DNA of 64,000 nucleotides from an uncultured Actinomycetes bacterium (GTDB lineage Bacteria; Actinomycetota; Thermoleophilia; Solirubrobacterales; Solirubrobacteraceae): NCBI GenBank assembly GCA_963806515.1, contig CAWDYO010000009.1, positions 20,179 to 84,178 of the forward strand, read 5' to 3'. Shown piece by piece: positions 63,874 to 64,000 of this stretch (position 1 is its first letter; each line of letters starts with the position of its first letter). The notes under the pieces were generated by a model. It saw only the letters and a program-made list of their open reading frames with translations, ran no database searches and was not told where the DNA came from. The position numbers and the translations under genes were made by a program.

Positions 63874-64000
63874 CCGATCATCACCGTGGCGCCCGAGAGC
63901 TGCAGGACGCCGGAGGCTTGCACCTGGACGACCGAGCCCTTGAGCTGCAGCGCGGCGTTGGACTCCACGGTCACGGGCGCGGTCGACGTGATCTTCAGCG
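63870..64000 (-). CDS. C-terminal end of a spike protein (gpV/VgrG-like beta-helix), 5' part outside the window
   Basis: My manual translation gives 'LKITSTAPVTVESNAALQLKGSVVQVQASGVLQLSGATVMIG*'. The stop overlaps the gp25 ATG (ATGA). The assignment rests on the position and the alternating beta-strand pattern only. Confidence 0.45.
   Translation of the reverse strand, partial: LKITSTAPVTVESNAALQLKGSVVQVQASGVLQLSGATVMIG

Noticed and set aside
57046-64000. Interpretation as a prophage tail module
   Set aside because: It is not fully excluded. However, no tail fibre, lysis, capsid, terminase, integrase or att-like repeat is visible on the downstream side. A DUF4157 gene and a non-phage membrane protein are embedded, which fits a CIS better. 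The upstream sequence is needed to settle this.

Overview
High-GC (by eye above 70%) actinobacterial-type chromosomal segment, densely coding on both strands. I recognised no rRNA, tRNA, CRISPR, transposase or integrase. Housekeeping content: primary sigma factor rpoD; a pentose-phosphate supercluster (ROK glucokinase, rpiB, fused tal-pgi, then gnd, zwf, opcA, pgl); an orphan PilT; copper homeostasis genes (CopC-CopD fusion, YcnI-like protein, multicopper oxidase). Accessory content: an animal-type haem peroxidase next to an RclC/YkgB-like membrane protein, a frameshifted SARP-ATPase-TPR regulator, a decayed aldo-keto reductase, a lower-GC membrane-embedded NACHT NTPase and vapBC. The most interesting candidate system is at the 3' end (57.0-64.0 kb, minus strand, running off the window). 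It is the baseplate block of a phage-tail-like contractile injection system (spike C-terminus, gp25, baseplate J, gpI-like). This block is translationally coupled to a 1013-aa zinc-ribbon / TM / 3xPASTA / beta-propeller membrane protein and is followed by a DUF4157 protein. A PAAR-like gene, a Ser/Thr kinase and a CHAP-like secreted protein lie on the opposite strand about 5 kb away. Unexplained non-coding structure includes a REP-like palindromic element family (4 copies, one pair inserted between opcA and pgl with an 11-bp duplication), a 14-bp x16 tandem array, 63-bp and 75-bp tandem repeats, and several perfect palindromic operators. Several genes show apparent frameshifts, which could be assembly error or real decay. 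All functional calls come from motif recognition by eye on the supplied translations; no searches were run.
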